DNA of 64,000 nucleotides from Patescibacteria group bacterium (GTDB lineage Bacteria; Patescibacteriota; Minisyncoccia; Moranbacterales; UBA2206): NCBI GenBank assembly GCA_022709735.1, contig JAKLIG010000001.1, positions 256,586 to 320,585 of the forward strand, read 5' to 3'. Shown piece by piece: positions 8,917 to 18,144 of this stretch (position 1 is its first letter; each line of letters starts with the position of its first letter). The notes under the pieces were generated by a model. It saw only the letters and a program-made list of their open reading frames with translations, ran no database searches and was not told where the DNA came from. The position numbers and the translations under genes were made by a program.

Positions 8917-9081
8917 AAAATAAATTCTTGATTTTTAAATTTTTAATTTTATAAATAAATCTTAATTCTTAATTTTTAAATATTAGAAATTAGAATTTAT
9001 TTAAAAATTACAAAATTAAACATTATAAAATTCTTTTAACAATACTAGCAAGAATCGATAAATATAGCAATTTTTGAAAAT

Positions 9082-9518
9082 AAAAAAACAACCCAATGAG
9101 ATGCAGTGCACCTCATTGGGTTTCAGGGGGATGTGTTAAGCGCAGAAGCACTCACAAGGAAATAAAAATCGGAAATTTGAGTTGCATAAAAGCCCTCCTA
9201 GCTGTCCAACGGCGTTGCCGTTGACAGCGTGCCTCCGCTTTTGCCAATTCACCGCGCCATAGCATCCTCATGCTAGGCGCGCAACACTGCAGTGCCTCGT
9301 CTCGTTGGGCTACCGGGTGTTATTATAGTGAGTGGCAAAAGCGGTGTTAAAGTTACCCACGGTGGTAATTTCGATTGCCAACAAAATAAAAATTCCATTC
9401 ATAGGCATACCTCATAAAAAACAAAAACGGTTAATTTTTCCCTTGCCCGAGAACCATTCCCAGGCAAGGTTGGTCGAGTGAACATCAAGGAAAGACCGCC
9501 GAAACTTTTATCACCTCC
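9082..9518 (-). ncRNA. unclassified GC-rich structured RNA candidate ending in an intrinsic terminator
   Basis: 440 nt with no ORF and much higher G+C than the flanks. Several strong hairpins are present (e.g. gctgtccaacggcgttgccgttgacagc and ccttgcctgggaatggttctcgggcaagg). On the minus strand it ends with the stem aacccaatgag/ctcattgggtt followed by a T-run (9069-9114 on the plus strand). Confidence 0.3.
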
Positions 9519-9569
9519 TTTCGATTTTTAAAGGGTTTAAAGAACGACGTAAATTAATAATAACTTTTT

Positions 9570-9830
9570 TTATTTTTTTGTCAACTCTTTTCGCTCTTCC
9601 GGAATTGGATCATATCCCCCGTCATTCCATGGATGACAGCGGATAATTCTTTTGAGCCCCAAAAATCCCCCGTGAAAAATTCCAAAACGGTCAATCGCTT
9701 GATATGTATATTCACTGCAAGATGGATGAAAACGGCAAAAGCGCTCTGAAGTAATATAAGACAGCCAGCCATGGTCAAGTGAGAGGGTTTTTTGATAGAG
9801 TCGAATGAAAAGCAAAATTATTTTTTTCAT
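9570..9830 (-). CDS. yidD: membrane protein insertion efficiency factor YidD
   Basis: Contains [19 protein letters not shown] and [16 protein letters not shown], the YidD Cys/His signature. Confidence 0.85.
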   Translation of the reverse strand: MKKIILLFIRLYQKTLSLDHGWLSYITSERFCRFHPSCSEYTYQAIDRFGIFHGGFLGLKRIIRCHPWNDGGYDPIPEERKELTKK

Positions 9831-9897
9831 ATTTTGTCAATCAGAGATTTTACTGTTATAATAATTACATAAAAAAGCTAAAAACAAAAGCAATCTT

Positions 9898-10809
9898 ATG
9901 AAAACCCTAAAGCACAATAATTTAACCTGGCACTATTTCAAGGAACCCAGCGCGGATGATGTTTTGACTATTCAAAAAAAATATAATCTCCATCCTTTAA
10001 TTATTGAAGAATTTTCCACTCCGACTCTCCGCCCGAAAGCTACCGAATTTGATAATTGTCTTTTTCTTTCAATTCATCTACCTCTTTTTGACACGGAAAA
10101 CAAAACTACTTATCCGGCCGAAATTGACATAGTAATTTGCGAGGGCGCTCTTATTACCTCTCATGACAGCGATATTTTTCAATTGACTGAATTATTTAAC
10201 GAATTGAAAAATAGCAAAAAGAAAAGAGAATTGTATATGAGTCAGTCTCCCGGAGCGCTTCTTCGCTATATCATTGAAATGCTTCTTGAAAGTTGTTTTC
10301 CAAAGCTGGATCATATTGCAGAAAAACTAAATCATATTGAAGATGAAATTTTTGCGGGGCATGAAAAGGAAATGGTTTTTGAAATTTCTTTAGCCAAAAG
10401 AGATATTTTGAATTTCCGGCGCACAATGAAACCCCAACGCTCTGTTTTTGAATCATTGGCGCAAAAAGATTTCCGATTGATTGAGCCTGGACTCAAGCCA
10501 TATTTTCAAGATTTAATTGGAACGAACATTCGCATTTGGAATAACCTGGAGTCAGCCAAGGAAACGATTGAATCACTGGAAGAAACTAACAATTCCCTCC
10601 TCTCCAACAAACTGGATATGACCATGAAAGTGCTCACAATTTTTTCCGCCGTTATGCTTCCAATGACTGTTTATTCCGGAATTTTAGCGATGAGTGTCAA
10701 CAATATTCCTCTGGGCAAAGATCCGAACGCTTTCTGGGTTCATCTTTCAATAATGATTGTTATTTCAATAATTACTATATCAATTTTCAAATTTAAAAAA
10801 TGGTTATAG
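9898..10809 (+). CDS. CorA-family divalent cation transporter with a non-canonical selectivity motif (AMS in place of GMN)
   Basis: The C-terminus has two TM helices plus ...MLPMTVYSGILAMSVNNIP... and ends FKFKKWL. This aligns to CorA FMPLTFIAGIYGMNFEYMP...KKKKWL. Confidence 0.7.
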   Translation: MKTLKHNNLTWHYFKEPSADDVLTIQKKYNLHPLIIEEFSTPTLRPKATEFDNCLFLSIHLPLFDTENKTTYPAEIDIVICEGALITSHDSDIFQLTELFNELKNSKKKRELYMSQSPGALLRYIIEMLLESCFPKLDHIAEKLNHIEDEIFAGHEKEMVFEISLAKRDILNFRRTMKPQRSVFESLAQKDFRLIEPGLKPYFQDLIGTNIRIWNNLESAKETIESLEETNNSLLSNKLDMTMKVLTIFSAVMLPMTVYSGILAMSVNNIPLGKDPNAFWVHLSIMIVISIITISIFKFKKWL

Positions 10810-10810
10810 T

Positions 10811-10897
10811 TTTACGAAATACGAAATTAATACTAAATACGAAAGTACGAAAAGGAAGTTTAAATGTTTCGTAGTTCGCTTATCTCGTAGTTCGTAA
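10811..10897. repeat. Intergenic palindromic repeat A2
   Basis: tttacgaaatacgaaattaatactaaatacgaaagtacg...gtttcgtagttcgcttatctcgtagttcgtaaa. Same family as 4078-4168 and 54682-54790. Confidence 0.55.
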
Positions 10898-10907
10898 ATT
10901 TTTAAAA

Positions 10908-12344
10908 ATGCTTAAACTTTATAATACTCTAGCCAAACAAAAAGAAGAATTCAAGCCAATCCATCCCGGCAAAGTCGGGATGTATTCTTGTGGCCCGACG
11001 GTTTATGATTTTGCTCATATTGGAAATCTTAAGACCTATATTTCAACGGATATTTTAAGGAGATTTTTGGAATACAGCGGTTATGAGGTGCGCCAGATTA
11101 TGAATATAACAGATGTCGGGCATCTTACAGCTGATGATGTTAATCAAGCAGATACCGGAGAAGATAAAATGCTTAAGGGCGCCGAGCGCGAAAAAAAGAC
11201 TCCGCAAGAAGTGGCAGAATTTTATACGGAAAAATTTTTTGAAGATTTGAAAAAATTAAACATTGAAAAATCAGCTTATTATCCCCGCGCCACTGCCCAT
11301 ATACCGCAGATGATAAAAATAATTGAAGCGTTGATTAAAAAAGAACTGGCTTATGAAGTTAACGGTAATGTTTTTTATAGTGTAGAAAAATTTCCGAGTT
11401 ATGGAAAACTTTCCGGCATAAAATTAGAGGAGCTCAAAGCTGGTGCGCGCCTAGAAGAGCATCCAGATAAAAAACATCCTTATGATTTTTCATTGTGGCT
11501 AAAGGCTCCAAAAAACCATATTCTAAAATGGAAATCGCCTTGGTCATTGGGTTATCCTGGATGGCATATTGAATGCACTGCTATGAGCATAGAATATTTA
11601 GGTGAGACCTTAGATATTCACACAGGCGGAGAAGATCATATTTTTCCCCATCATGAAAATGAAATTGCCCAATCAGAAGGATATACCGGCAAAACTTTTT
11701 CTAATTATTGGATGCATAACAGATTTTTATTGGTTGATGGGCAAAAAATGTCCAAATCAAAAGGCAATTTTTATGCTTTAAGAGACATCGAAGATAAAAA
11801 ATATTCCCCTATGGAATTTAGGATGCTGGCTTTAAGCGCGCATTATCGTTCTAATGTGAATTTTACTTGGACAGCGATGGATCAGGCTAAGACAAATTTT
11901 AAAAAAATTGTAGAATGGAAAACTAATTTGCAAAATTTAGCTGAAAAAGCAGAGGATAAAAAATCTGAAATTGATTTTTCTCATATATATCAAAAGCGTT
12001 TTGAAGAAGCGATGGATGATGATCTTAACACTCCCCTGGCGCTTTCAGTTTTGTATGAACTTATCACTGAAACAAATAAATTAATGGTAGAAAATAAATT
12101 GAGTGAAGAGACAGCCAAAAATATTCTGAATTTCTGGGAAAAAATAAATAAGATTTTTGGATTGATTATAAAAAAAGAAAGAATTGATGTTTCGCAGGAT
12201 ATAATAAAATTAGCCAAAGAAAGAAAAGAGGCGCGAAAAGCGGGAGATTTTCAAAAATCAGACGAGCTTCGAAAAGAAATTGAAGAAAAAGGATATATTA
12301 TTGAGGACTTGAAAGATAATGAATATAAAATTAAAAGCAAATAA
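10908..12344 (+). CDS. cysS: cysteinyl-tRNA synthetase
   Basis: HIGN (HIGH-type) motif, KMSKS motif, and a Zn-binding Cys in SCGPTVYD. Confidence 0.95.
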   Translation: MLKLYNTLAKQKEEFKPIHPGKVGMYSCGPTVYDFAHIGNLKTYISTDILRRFLEYSGYEVRQIMNITDVGHLTADDVNQADTGEDKMLKGAEREKKTPQEVAEFYTEKFFEDLKKLNIEKSAYYPRATAHIPQMIKIIEALIKKELAYEVNGNVFYSVEKFPSYGKLSGIKLEELKAGARLEEHPDKKHPYDFSLWLKAPKNHILKWKSPWSLGYPGWHIECTAMSIEYLGETLDIHTGGEDHIFPHHENEIAQSEGYTGKTFSNYWMHNRFLLVDGQKMSKSKGNFYALRDIEDKKYSPMEFRMLALSAHYRSNVNFTWTAMDQAKTNFKKIVEWKTNLQNLAEKAEDKKSEIDFSHIYQKRFEEAMDDDLNTPLALSVLYELITETNKLMVENKLSEETAKNILNFWEKINKIFGLIIKKERIDVSQDIIKLAKERKEARKAGDFQKSDELRKEIEEKGYIIEDLKDNEYKIKSK

Positions 12345-12442
12345 TATGGCGGATGATGAAAATAAAAATAAGTCCCCGGAAGAAAAAGTGGAAAGTTTAA
12401 TTAAAGATATAGAAGACCTTGGTTTTAAGGTAGAAAAAACAG

Positions 12443-13453
12443 ATGACGGAGAAATTAAAATTAGTGAATAACTTTTGGCATAAATTTAAAAAACCAATCT
12501 TGGCTCTGGCTCCTATGGCTGGCATTACTGACAGCGCGTTTCGCGAGATTTGTCGGCGTTATGGAGCTGATGTAGCTTATAGCGAAATGGCGAGCGTTAG
12601 CGCGCTGTTTTTTAAGCCTCAAAGAACTTTAGAATTAGTAAAATTTAATAAAAATGAACGGCCATATGTGGTCCAGCTTTTCGGCAAAGACCCGGCGCAT
12701 TTTGCCAAGGCCACAAAAATTATTTCAGAAAAAGTGAAACCTGACGGGATTGATATTAATTTTGGCTGTCCGGCGAAAAAAGTTTTTGGCCACGGTTCAG
12801 GTTGTGCGCTGATGCCACAGAAAAAACTGGCGCGAGAAATTATTTCAGCAGTTTGCGAGAATACCAAGCTTCCAGTTTCGATAAAAATTAGAGCTGGTGT
12901 TGGGAAAACAACGGCATTGGAATTTGTCAAAAACACGGCTGATTTCCCCTATTCGGCTATTATGATTCACGGGCGAACTTATGAAGGCGGATTTTCGGGT
13001 CCAGTTTATTTTTCTATTTGTGAAAAAATAAAAAAAATGTTTCCGGATAAAATTGTTTTGGCGAACGGCGGAATTAATTCGTCGGAAGACGCCATAAAAA
13101 TATTACAAGATTATCCAAGTCTAGATGGCCTTGGAATCGCCCGTGGCGCATGGGGCAGACCGTGGATATTTGAGGAAATAAAGAATTTATTGAATGTAGG
13201 GGTTCAATTTATTGAACCCAATAAATCTGGATTTGATGAATCAAACCCCTACGAAAAATATAATTTTCCAAAAATCAAAAAAATCATGCTTCTTCACGCC
13301 AAATTAATCCACAAAGATAAAGGCAAACGCGGACTTTTTGAAATTCGAAAACATATGGCTTGGTATGTCCGTGGCTTTCCCGGCGCTTCAGAACTTCGAA
13401 GGAAATTAATGCTGGCAGAAAGCTTGGAAGAAATAAAAAAGATTTTAAAGTAA
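12443..13453 (+). CDS. dus: tRNA-dihydrouridine synthase
   Basis: LAPMAGITDSAFR, a FMN-binding TIM barrel with the catalytic Cys in NFGCPAKKV, and a C-terminal helical domain. Confidence 0.85.
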   Translation: MTEKLKLVNNFWHKFKKPILALAPMAGITDSAFREICRRYGADVAYSEMASVSALFFKPQRTLELVKFNKNERPYVVQLFGKDPAHFAKATKIISEKVKPDGIDINFGCPAKKVFGHGSGCALMPQKKLAREIISAVCENTKLPVSIKIRAGVGKTTALEFVKNTADFPYSAIMIHGRTYEGGFSGPVYFSICEKIKKMFPDKIVLANGGINSSEDAIKILQDYPSLDGLGIARGAWGRPWIFEEIKNLLNVGVQFIEPNKSGFDESNPYEKYNFPKIKKIMLLHAKLIHKDKGKRGLFEIRKHMAWYVRGFPGASELRRKLMLAESLEEIKKILK

Positions 13454-13510
13454 AGTGCATAATTACTGCATAAACTGGGTAAAAGCGCAAGTTGATTTTT
13501 AATAGACAAC

Positions 13511-13519
13511 TGATATAAT
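13511..13519 (+). promoter_or_regulatory. extended -10 promoter element (TGaTATAAT) upstream of dnaB
   Basis: tgatataat lies about 100 nt upstream of the dnaB start. Repeat D2 sits in the resulting 5' UTR. Confidence 0.3.
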
Positions 13520-13543
13520 GTATAAACGATAAAATATATTACT

Positions 13544-13609
13544 CTGTCATCCTGAACTTGTTTCAGGATCTAAAAAAAGTAGATTCCGGATCAAGTCCGG
13601 AATGACAAG
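13544..13609. repeat. MITE-like palindromic element copy D2 (intergenic, in the dnaB leader)
   Basis: tgtcatcctgaacttgtttcaggatc...attccggatcaagtccggaatgacaag. Same architecture as D1 with a different but still self-complementary second hairpin. Confidence 0.6.
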
Positions 13610-13617
13610 AAGCGTTT

Positions 13618-14976
13618 ATGTCTAAATCTTCAAATAATGACTTAAAAGTTCCACCGCAGAATATTGAAGCTGAAAGATCAGTTTTGGGCGCTTTAATGTT
13701 GGACAAAGATGCGATTATTAAAGTGGCTAATCTAATCCGTCTTGGAGATTTTTATAAAGATGATCACAATTTGATTTATGAAGCGATGATTGAACTTTAT
13801 GAAAATCGCGAACCAATTGATGTTTTGAGCTTGTCTAATCGCTTGGAAGAAAAAAAACAATTGGATAAAATCGGTGGATCTAGTTATCTAACTGAACTCG
13901 TCAATTCTGTGCCATCAAGTTCAAACATTACTCATTACGCTAAAGTAGTTCAAAAAAAATCAACACTTCGAAAATTAATCATCACGGCCAGCGAAATTGT
14001 AGAACTGGGTTATCGCGAAGAAGAAGATGTGGAAAAAATTCTTGACAGCGCCGAACAAAAACTTTTCGCTGTTTCGCAAAAATATATCAAACAGGATTTT
14101 GTGCCAATCAAATCTATTTTGGAAGCCGCTTTCAATCGAATCGATGAACTGCATAAAGGTGATCACAAGCTTCGCGGAATTCCAACCGGATATCCTGATA
14201 TGGATAATATTTTAGCTGGATTCCAGAAATCCGATCTTATTATTTTAGCTGCCCGGCCTTCAATTGGAAAAACCACTTTGGCTTTGGATTTTGCGCGTCA
14301 AATTGCGGTTAAAGAAAAAATTCCAGTTGGTGTTTTTTCTTTAGAAATGGGTTCGGATCAATTAATTGACAGAATGCTGGCGGCAGAGTCCGGAGTGGAT
14401 CTTTGGCGGCTTCGAACAGGACGCCTTAAAACTGGTGACGGCGATGACGATTTTCAGCGAATCGGCGAAGCAATGGGTGTTCTTTCAGAAGCGCCGGTTT
14501 ATATTGATGATGCCGGATCGGCCAATGTGATGGAAATTCGAACAATGGCGAGGCGTCTTCAATCTGAACATAATGTCGGACTGATTATTATCGACTATTT
14601 GCAACTCATGGAAGGACGAAGCGGCGGAGATAATCGAGTGAATGAAATCTCTGAAATTTCTCGCGCACTGAAACAGTTGGCCCGTGAACTTAATATTCCA
14701 ATTTTGGCACTTTCCCAGTTGAGCCGAGCGGTGGAATCCAGAAGTCCGCAAATTCCAAAACTTTCTGATCTTCGTGAATCTGGTTCAATTGAACAAGACG
14801 CCGATGTTGTGATGTTTCTTTATCGGGAAGACCGCGAGAAACCGGATACGCCAAACAAAAATATTGTGGATGTTATTGTGGCCAAGCACAGAAACGGACC
14901 AGTTGGAAAATTGTCTTTATATTTCAATGAAAACTCGACAACCTTTAAATCATTAGAAAAAGCCCACACGGAATAA
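13618..14976 (+). CDS. dnaB: replicative DNA helicase DnaB
   Basis: N-terminal DnaB domain (PQNIEAERSVLGALM), Walker A ARPSIGKTTLAL, RecA-like motifs, and no intein. Confidence 0.95.
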   Translation: MSKSSNNDLKVPPQNIEAERSVLGALMLDKDAIIKVANLIRLGDFYKDDHNLIYEAMIELYENREPIDVLSLSNRLEEKKQLDKIGGSSYLTELVNSVPSSSNITHYAKVVQKKSTLRKLIITASEIVELGYREEEDVEKILDSAEQKLFAVSQKYIKQDFVPIKSILEAAFNRIDELHKGDHKLRGIPTGYPDMDNILAGFQKSDLIILAARPSIGKTTLALDFARQIAVKEKIPVGVFSLEMGSDQLIDRMLAAESGVDLWRLRTGRLKTGDGDDDFQRIGEAMGVLSEAPVYIDDAGSANVMEIRTMARRLQSEHNVGLIIIDYLQLMEGRSGGDNRVNEISEISRALKQLARELNIPILALSQLSRAVESRSPQIPKLSDLRESGSIEQDADVVMFLYREDREKPDTPNKNIVDVIVAKHRNGPVGKLSLYFNENSTTFKSLEKAHTE

Positions 14977-15070
14977 GTTCGTAAAGTCCATAAAGTCTAA
15001 AGTCTGAAAGCTAAAATTAAATTATGCATTTTGACTTTATAAACTTTATAGACTTTTGACTTTTAACTTT
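14977..15070. repeat. Intergenic palindromic repeat C1 (taaagtc...gacttta)
   Basis: gttcgtaaagtccataaagtctaaagtctgaaag...cattttgactttataaactttatagacttttgacttttaac. Only one copy is seen, and it shares the gttcgtaaag end with the A family. Confidence 0.45.
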
Positions 15071-15075
15071 TTATT

Positions 15076-15663
15076 ATGTATCCAAAATCTTTCAAAAAAT
15101 TAATCGATTATTTTTCTTCTCTGCCGTCGGTTGGCCCAAAAATGGCGGAACGGCTGGTTTTATATTTATTCAAACAAGAAGCAGAAATGCTTTCGGATTT
15201 CGGCGAAACACTCAAAAATCTCAAAAATAATTTGCGCTACTGCGAAAGATGTTTCAATATCAGTGAAGGAAATTTATGCGAGATTTGCGCTGACAATTCC
15301 CGCGACGCCAAAAAAATCTGCGTAGTGGAAGAACCGCTGGACATAATTGCCATCGAACGAACAAAGAAGTATAATGGCCTCTATCATGTTTTGGGCGGGG
15401 TTTTGAGCACAACAAAAAATGATGATTTGGGTCAACTTAAATTAAATGAGCTTTCCAAAAGAGTGGAAAGCGAAAAGACAGAAGAAATAATTTTAGCAAT
15501 GAATCCGACGACTGAAGGCGATGCGACGGCGCTTTATGTTGTGAGGCTATTAAAAGATAGTGGCGTAAGGGCAACTAAATTAGCGCGCGGACTTTCGACC
15601 GGCGGAGATATTGAATACGCAGATGAGTTGACACTTGGAAGCGCGATACTAAATAGGAAGTAA
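15076..15663 (+). CDS. recR: recombination protein RecR
   Basis: HhH motif LPSVGPKMAERL, C4 zinc finger CERCFNISEGNLCEICAD, and a Toprim domain. Confidence 0.9.
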   Translation: MYPKSFKKLIDYFSSLPSVGPKMAERLVLYLFKQEAEMLSDFGETLKNLKNNLRYCERCFNISEGNLCEICADNSRDAKKICVVEEPLDIIAIERTKKYNGLYHVLGGVLSTTKNDDLGQLKLNELSKRVESEKTEEIILAMNPTTEGDATALYVVRLLKDSGVRATKLARGLSTGGDIEYADELTLGSAILNRK

Positions 15664-15692
15664 GAAGAAAGAAGAAAGAGATTAAAATAAAA

Positions 15693-15710
15693 AATTCCCC
15701 TGGGGGAATT
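15693..15710. terminator. bidirectional intrinsic terminator (recR / rplU convergent pair)
   Basis: aaaaattcccctgggggaattttttg has a perfect hairpin flanked by an A-run and a T-run. Confidence 0.65.
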
Positions 15711-15749
15711 TTTTGCTTATTTCTTGCTTCGTTATTATTTCTTCTTGGT

Positions 15750-16055
15750 TTATATCTTAGTTATCTCAATTTCTGTCATTGTTTGTCGGTGTCCAAATTT
15801 CACTTTATATCTTTTTTTCGGTTTGAATTTTACGCCAACAACTTTTTTGCCCTTGGCGGTTTTTAGAATTTTTCCTTCAACAACGGCGCCGGAAACAACC
15901 GGTGTTCCAACCTTGACATTCTTGTCATCGCCAACAAAAAGCACTTCAGAAAAAACAATCTTGCTCCCCTCTTCGCCTTCTAATTTTTCCACTTTGATTT
16001 TGTCGCCGACTTTCACTTTATATTGTTTTCCTCCAGTTTTTATAATAGCTAACAT
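15750..16055 (-). CDS. rplU: 50S ribosomal protein L21
   Basis: MLAIIKTGGKQYKVKVGDKIKVEKL... is the L21 family N-terminus. Length 101 aa. No rpmA is adjacent. Confidence 0.9.
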   Translation of the reverse strand: MLAIIKTGGKQYKVKVGDKIKVEKLEGEEGSKIVFSEVLFVGDDKNVKVGTPVVSGAVVEGKILKTAKGKKVVGVKFKPKKRYKVKFGHRQTMTEIEITKI

Positions 16056-16208
16056 GGCTGTTTTTCTATAAAAGATTACCTAAATAATATAGCTGATAGG
16101 GAGGAATTTGTCAATAATTTTTGAAATTATATGTCCTTTTTGGTGTATTATTATATAGAAAATTATTTATTTTTATTTAAATTAAACTAGAAAGGCGGGT
16201 GAAGCAAA

Positions 16209-16454
16209 ATGAAATCATTAAATGTCTTGGATTGGATTGTTGTAGCTTTGCTTATAGTTGGAGGCTTGAATTGGGGAATTTTAGGTTTCTTCGGGGTTAA
16301 TGTAATAGGAGCAATTTTTGGCGAAATGACTATGTTAACCAGAATAATATATGGCCTTGTGGGACTTTCTGCTATTTATGGCCTTTTTATTCCTTCCAAA
16401 ATTACCAGTGGAGAATATATGGGCAGTCATTCTATGAAAGGCTCTTCAATCTAA
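16209..16454 (+). CDS. DUF378-family small membrane protein
   Basis: LDWIVVALLIVGGLNWGILGFFGVNVI matches the DUF378 Gly-rich two-TM pattern. Confidence 0.55.
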   Translation: MKSLNVLDWIVVALLIVGGLNWGILGFFGVNVIGAIFGEMTMLTRIIYGLVGLSAIYGLFIPSKITSGEYMGSHSMKGSSI

Positions 16455-16566
16455 TTGCTAAAAACCATTCTTTATGGTTAAACAAATATAAAACAGTCTT
16501 CTTGTCTTAGGGGCTGTTTTATTATTTTATTGGACAAAATTCAATTTAAATGGTAGCATACAGGAT

Positions 16567-18099
16567 ATGGAAAATTGGAAAAGAAAAATATTTTTTTGGA
16601 TTTTAGTGCTTTTATTTTTTATAACCGTGCCGGTTGTTATCCTAAATGCCAAAGGCTATCGCTTCGATAAAAATCGAGGTGTTTTTGTGCATAGCGGAAC
16701 CATCACTTTCAAGTCAAATCCTCAAACTGTTGAAGCAAAACTGGATGAGGAACTTTTTGAATCAAAAAAAATAAACAGAATTAACAGCTCCTATAATCTT
16801 TCCGGCCTTATTCCCGGCACTTATAATTTTCAAATTTCGGCGGAAAATTTCTGGCCTTGGAGCAAAAAAGTTGAAGTGCACAGCGGAGTAGCCAGTGAAT
16901 TTTGGAATGTTCTTTTGGTTCGAAAAAATTATGAAAAAACCGAGATTGATGCGCCGGGAATTCAAAAATTCTTCACTTCCCCAAAGAATGATTTGCTTTC
17001 CTATACTCTAAATTCTGATAATAATTTAGTGATAAAAATTTTTAACATCAGCAGTGCCCAAATAGAAAAAGAATTTAGTTTTGCCGGCTGGCAATTTATT
17101 ATTGATGAATCCCGAAAAGAAAATATTGAATGGTCGCCAGAAGAATCCTTTATTTCCATTCCGGTGGAAAAAACTTCGCAATTAGAAGTTCCAAAAAATA
17201 AAATTATCCGCTCCAAAAATCAAACTCCAGAGATAAAAACGGAATATAATTATTTTATAGCCGACATCGCCAATGACAAAACTTTTGATTTACGAGAACT
17301 TCTCAAATTAGACAATATCCGAAGCGCTCGATGGGACTCAAAAGAAAAAGGATTTTTGTTTTTTCTAAACAACGATATTCTTTATCGAGTGGATATAAAT
17401 AATGTCCAAGACATAAGCCAAATTGCTACTGATGTTTCAAGCTATGACATTTCCGGATCAGAAATTTTTTATTCAAAAATCGGAAACGGCTTACTTTTCA
17501 AAAATAATCTCGATGGCAAAGCGGATCCTGTTCAAATTACCAGCAATTTTCCGGATGAAAGCGTTTTGCCAGTCAATTCGATGGTTATTTATGATGATTC
17601 GAGAATGGCCATCATTTCAAAGAATGGCGATCTTTTTATATACAATGAAGGCGAGCACGATAATTATTTTAGAAAAATCGGTTCCGGCATTCAAGAAGCG
17701 CATTTTTCCAATGACGGAAAAAAACTTCTTTTCTGGTCGAATAATGAAATTTCAGTTTATTTTTTACGCGATCAGACCGCTCAACCCATAAGAAGTGAGA
17801 ATGAAATGGAAACGGTCACTCGTTATTCAGAACCGATAAAAAATATCCAATGGTTTTCGGATTATGAGCATATTATTTTTAGTTCTGGAAAGTGGATAAA
17901 AATTATCGAGATTGATCTTCGAGATCGAGCAAATTGCATGGATCTTCTAAACACTGAAACCACCGATCCTTTTGTTATTTATAATAATTCGCTGGAAAAA
18001 TTGTATTTTACTGACACAAAAAACGAAATAAGCAACCTTTATTCCATAGATTTTCCTGAGAAAACTTCCCTTCTCCAAGTGATTGGAATCGGCGGATAA
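16567..18099 (+). CDS. membrane-anchored extracytoplasmic protein with a PEGA-like domain and predicted beta-propeller repeats
   Basis: N-terminal TM helix. A PEGA-like segment is present (PGTYNFQISAENFWPWSKKVEVHSGVASEFWNVLL). Repeated F/Y-x-S-x-DG-like blades resemble TolB-type propellers. Confidence 0.4.
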   Translation: MENWKRKIFFWILVLLFFITVPVVILNAKGYRFDKNRGVFVHSGTITFKSNPQTVEAKLDEELFESKKINRINSSYNLSGLIPGTYNFQISAENFWPWSKKVEVHSGVASEFWNVLLVRKNYEKTEIDAPGIQKFFTSPKNDLLSYTLNSDNNLVIKIFNISSAQIEKEFSFAGWQFIIDESRKENIEWSPEESFISIPVEKTSQLEVPKNKIIRSKNQTPEIKTEYNYFIADIANDKTFDLRELLKLDNIRSARWDSKEKGFLFFLNNDILYRVDINNVQDISQIATDVSSYDISGSEIFYSKIGNGLLFKNNLDGKADPVQITSNFPDESVLPVNSMVIYDDSRMAIISKNGDLFIYNEGEHDNYFRKIGSGIQEAHFSNDGKKLLFWSNNEISVYFLRDQTAQPIRSENEMETVTRYSEPIKNIQWFSDYEHIIFSSGKWIKIIEIDLRDRANCMDLLNTETTDPFVIYNNSLEKLYFTDTKNEISNLYSIDFPEKTSLLQVIGIGG

Positions 18100-18103
18100 A
18101 AAA

Positions 18104-18120
18104 AGACTCTTAAGGAGTCT
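18104..18120. terminator. bidirectional intrinsic terminator
   Basis: aaaaaagactcttaaggagtctttttaaaa lies between convergent genes. Confidence 0.6.
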
Positions 18121-18144
18121 TTTTAAAATCTGAATAATATTATT

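Noticed and set aside
9082-9518. tmRNA (ssrA) assignment for the structured RNA candidate
   Set aside because: The 5' end resembles the tmRNA acceptor/GGNUUCGAC region, but no complementary 3' acceptor strand, T-arm or CCA, and no plausible tag-peptide reading frame ending in AA-stop, could be found by eye. Kept as an unclassified RNA candidate.
9581-9778. 65-aa ORF overlapping yidD in another frame
   Set aside because: yidD in the other frame has the characteristic Cys/His signature, so this is a shadow ORF.
15750-16055. rplU without an adjacent rpmA (L27)
   Set aside because: Operon order differs from the usual rplU-rpmA-obg arrangement (obg is at 7954-8916), but that is simply genome rearrangement and rpmA is presumably elsewhere. 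Not evidence of anything unusual by itself.
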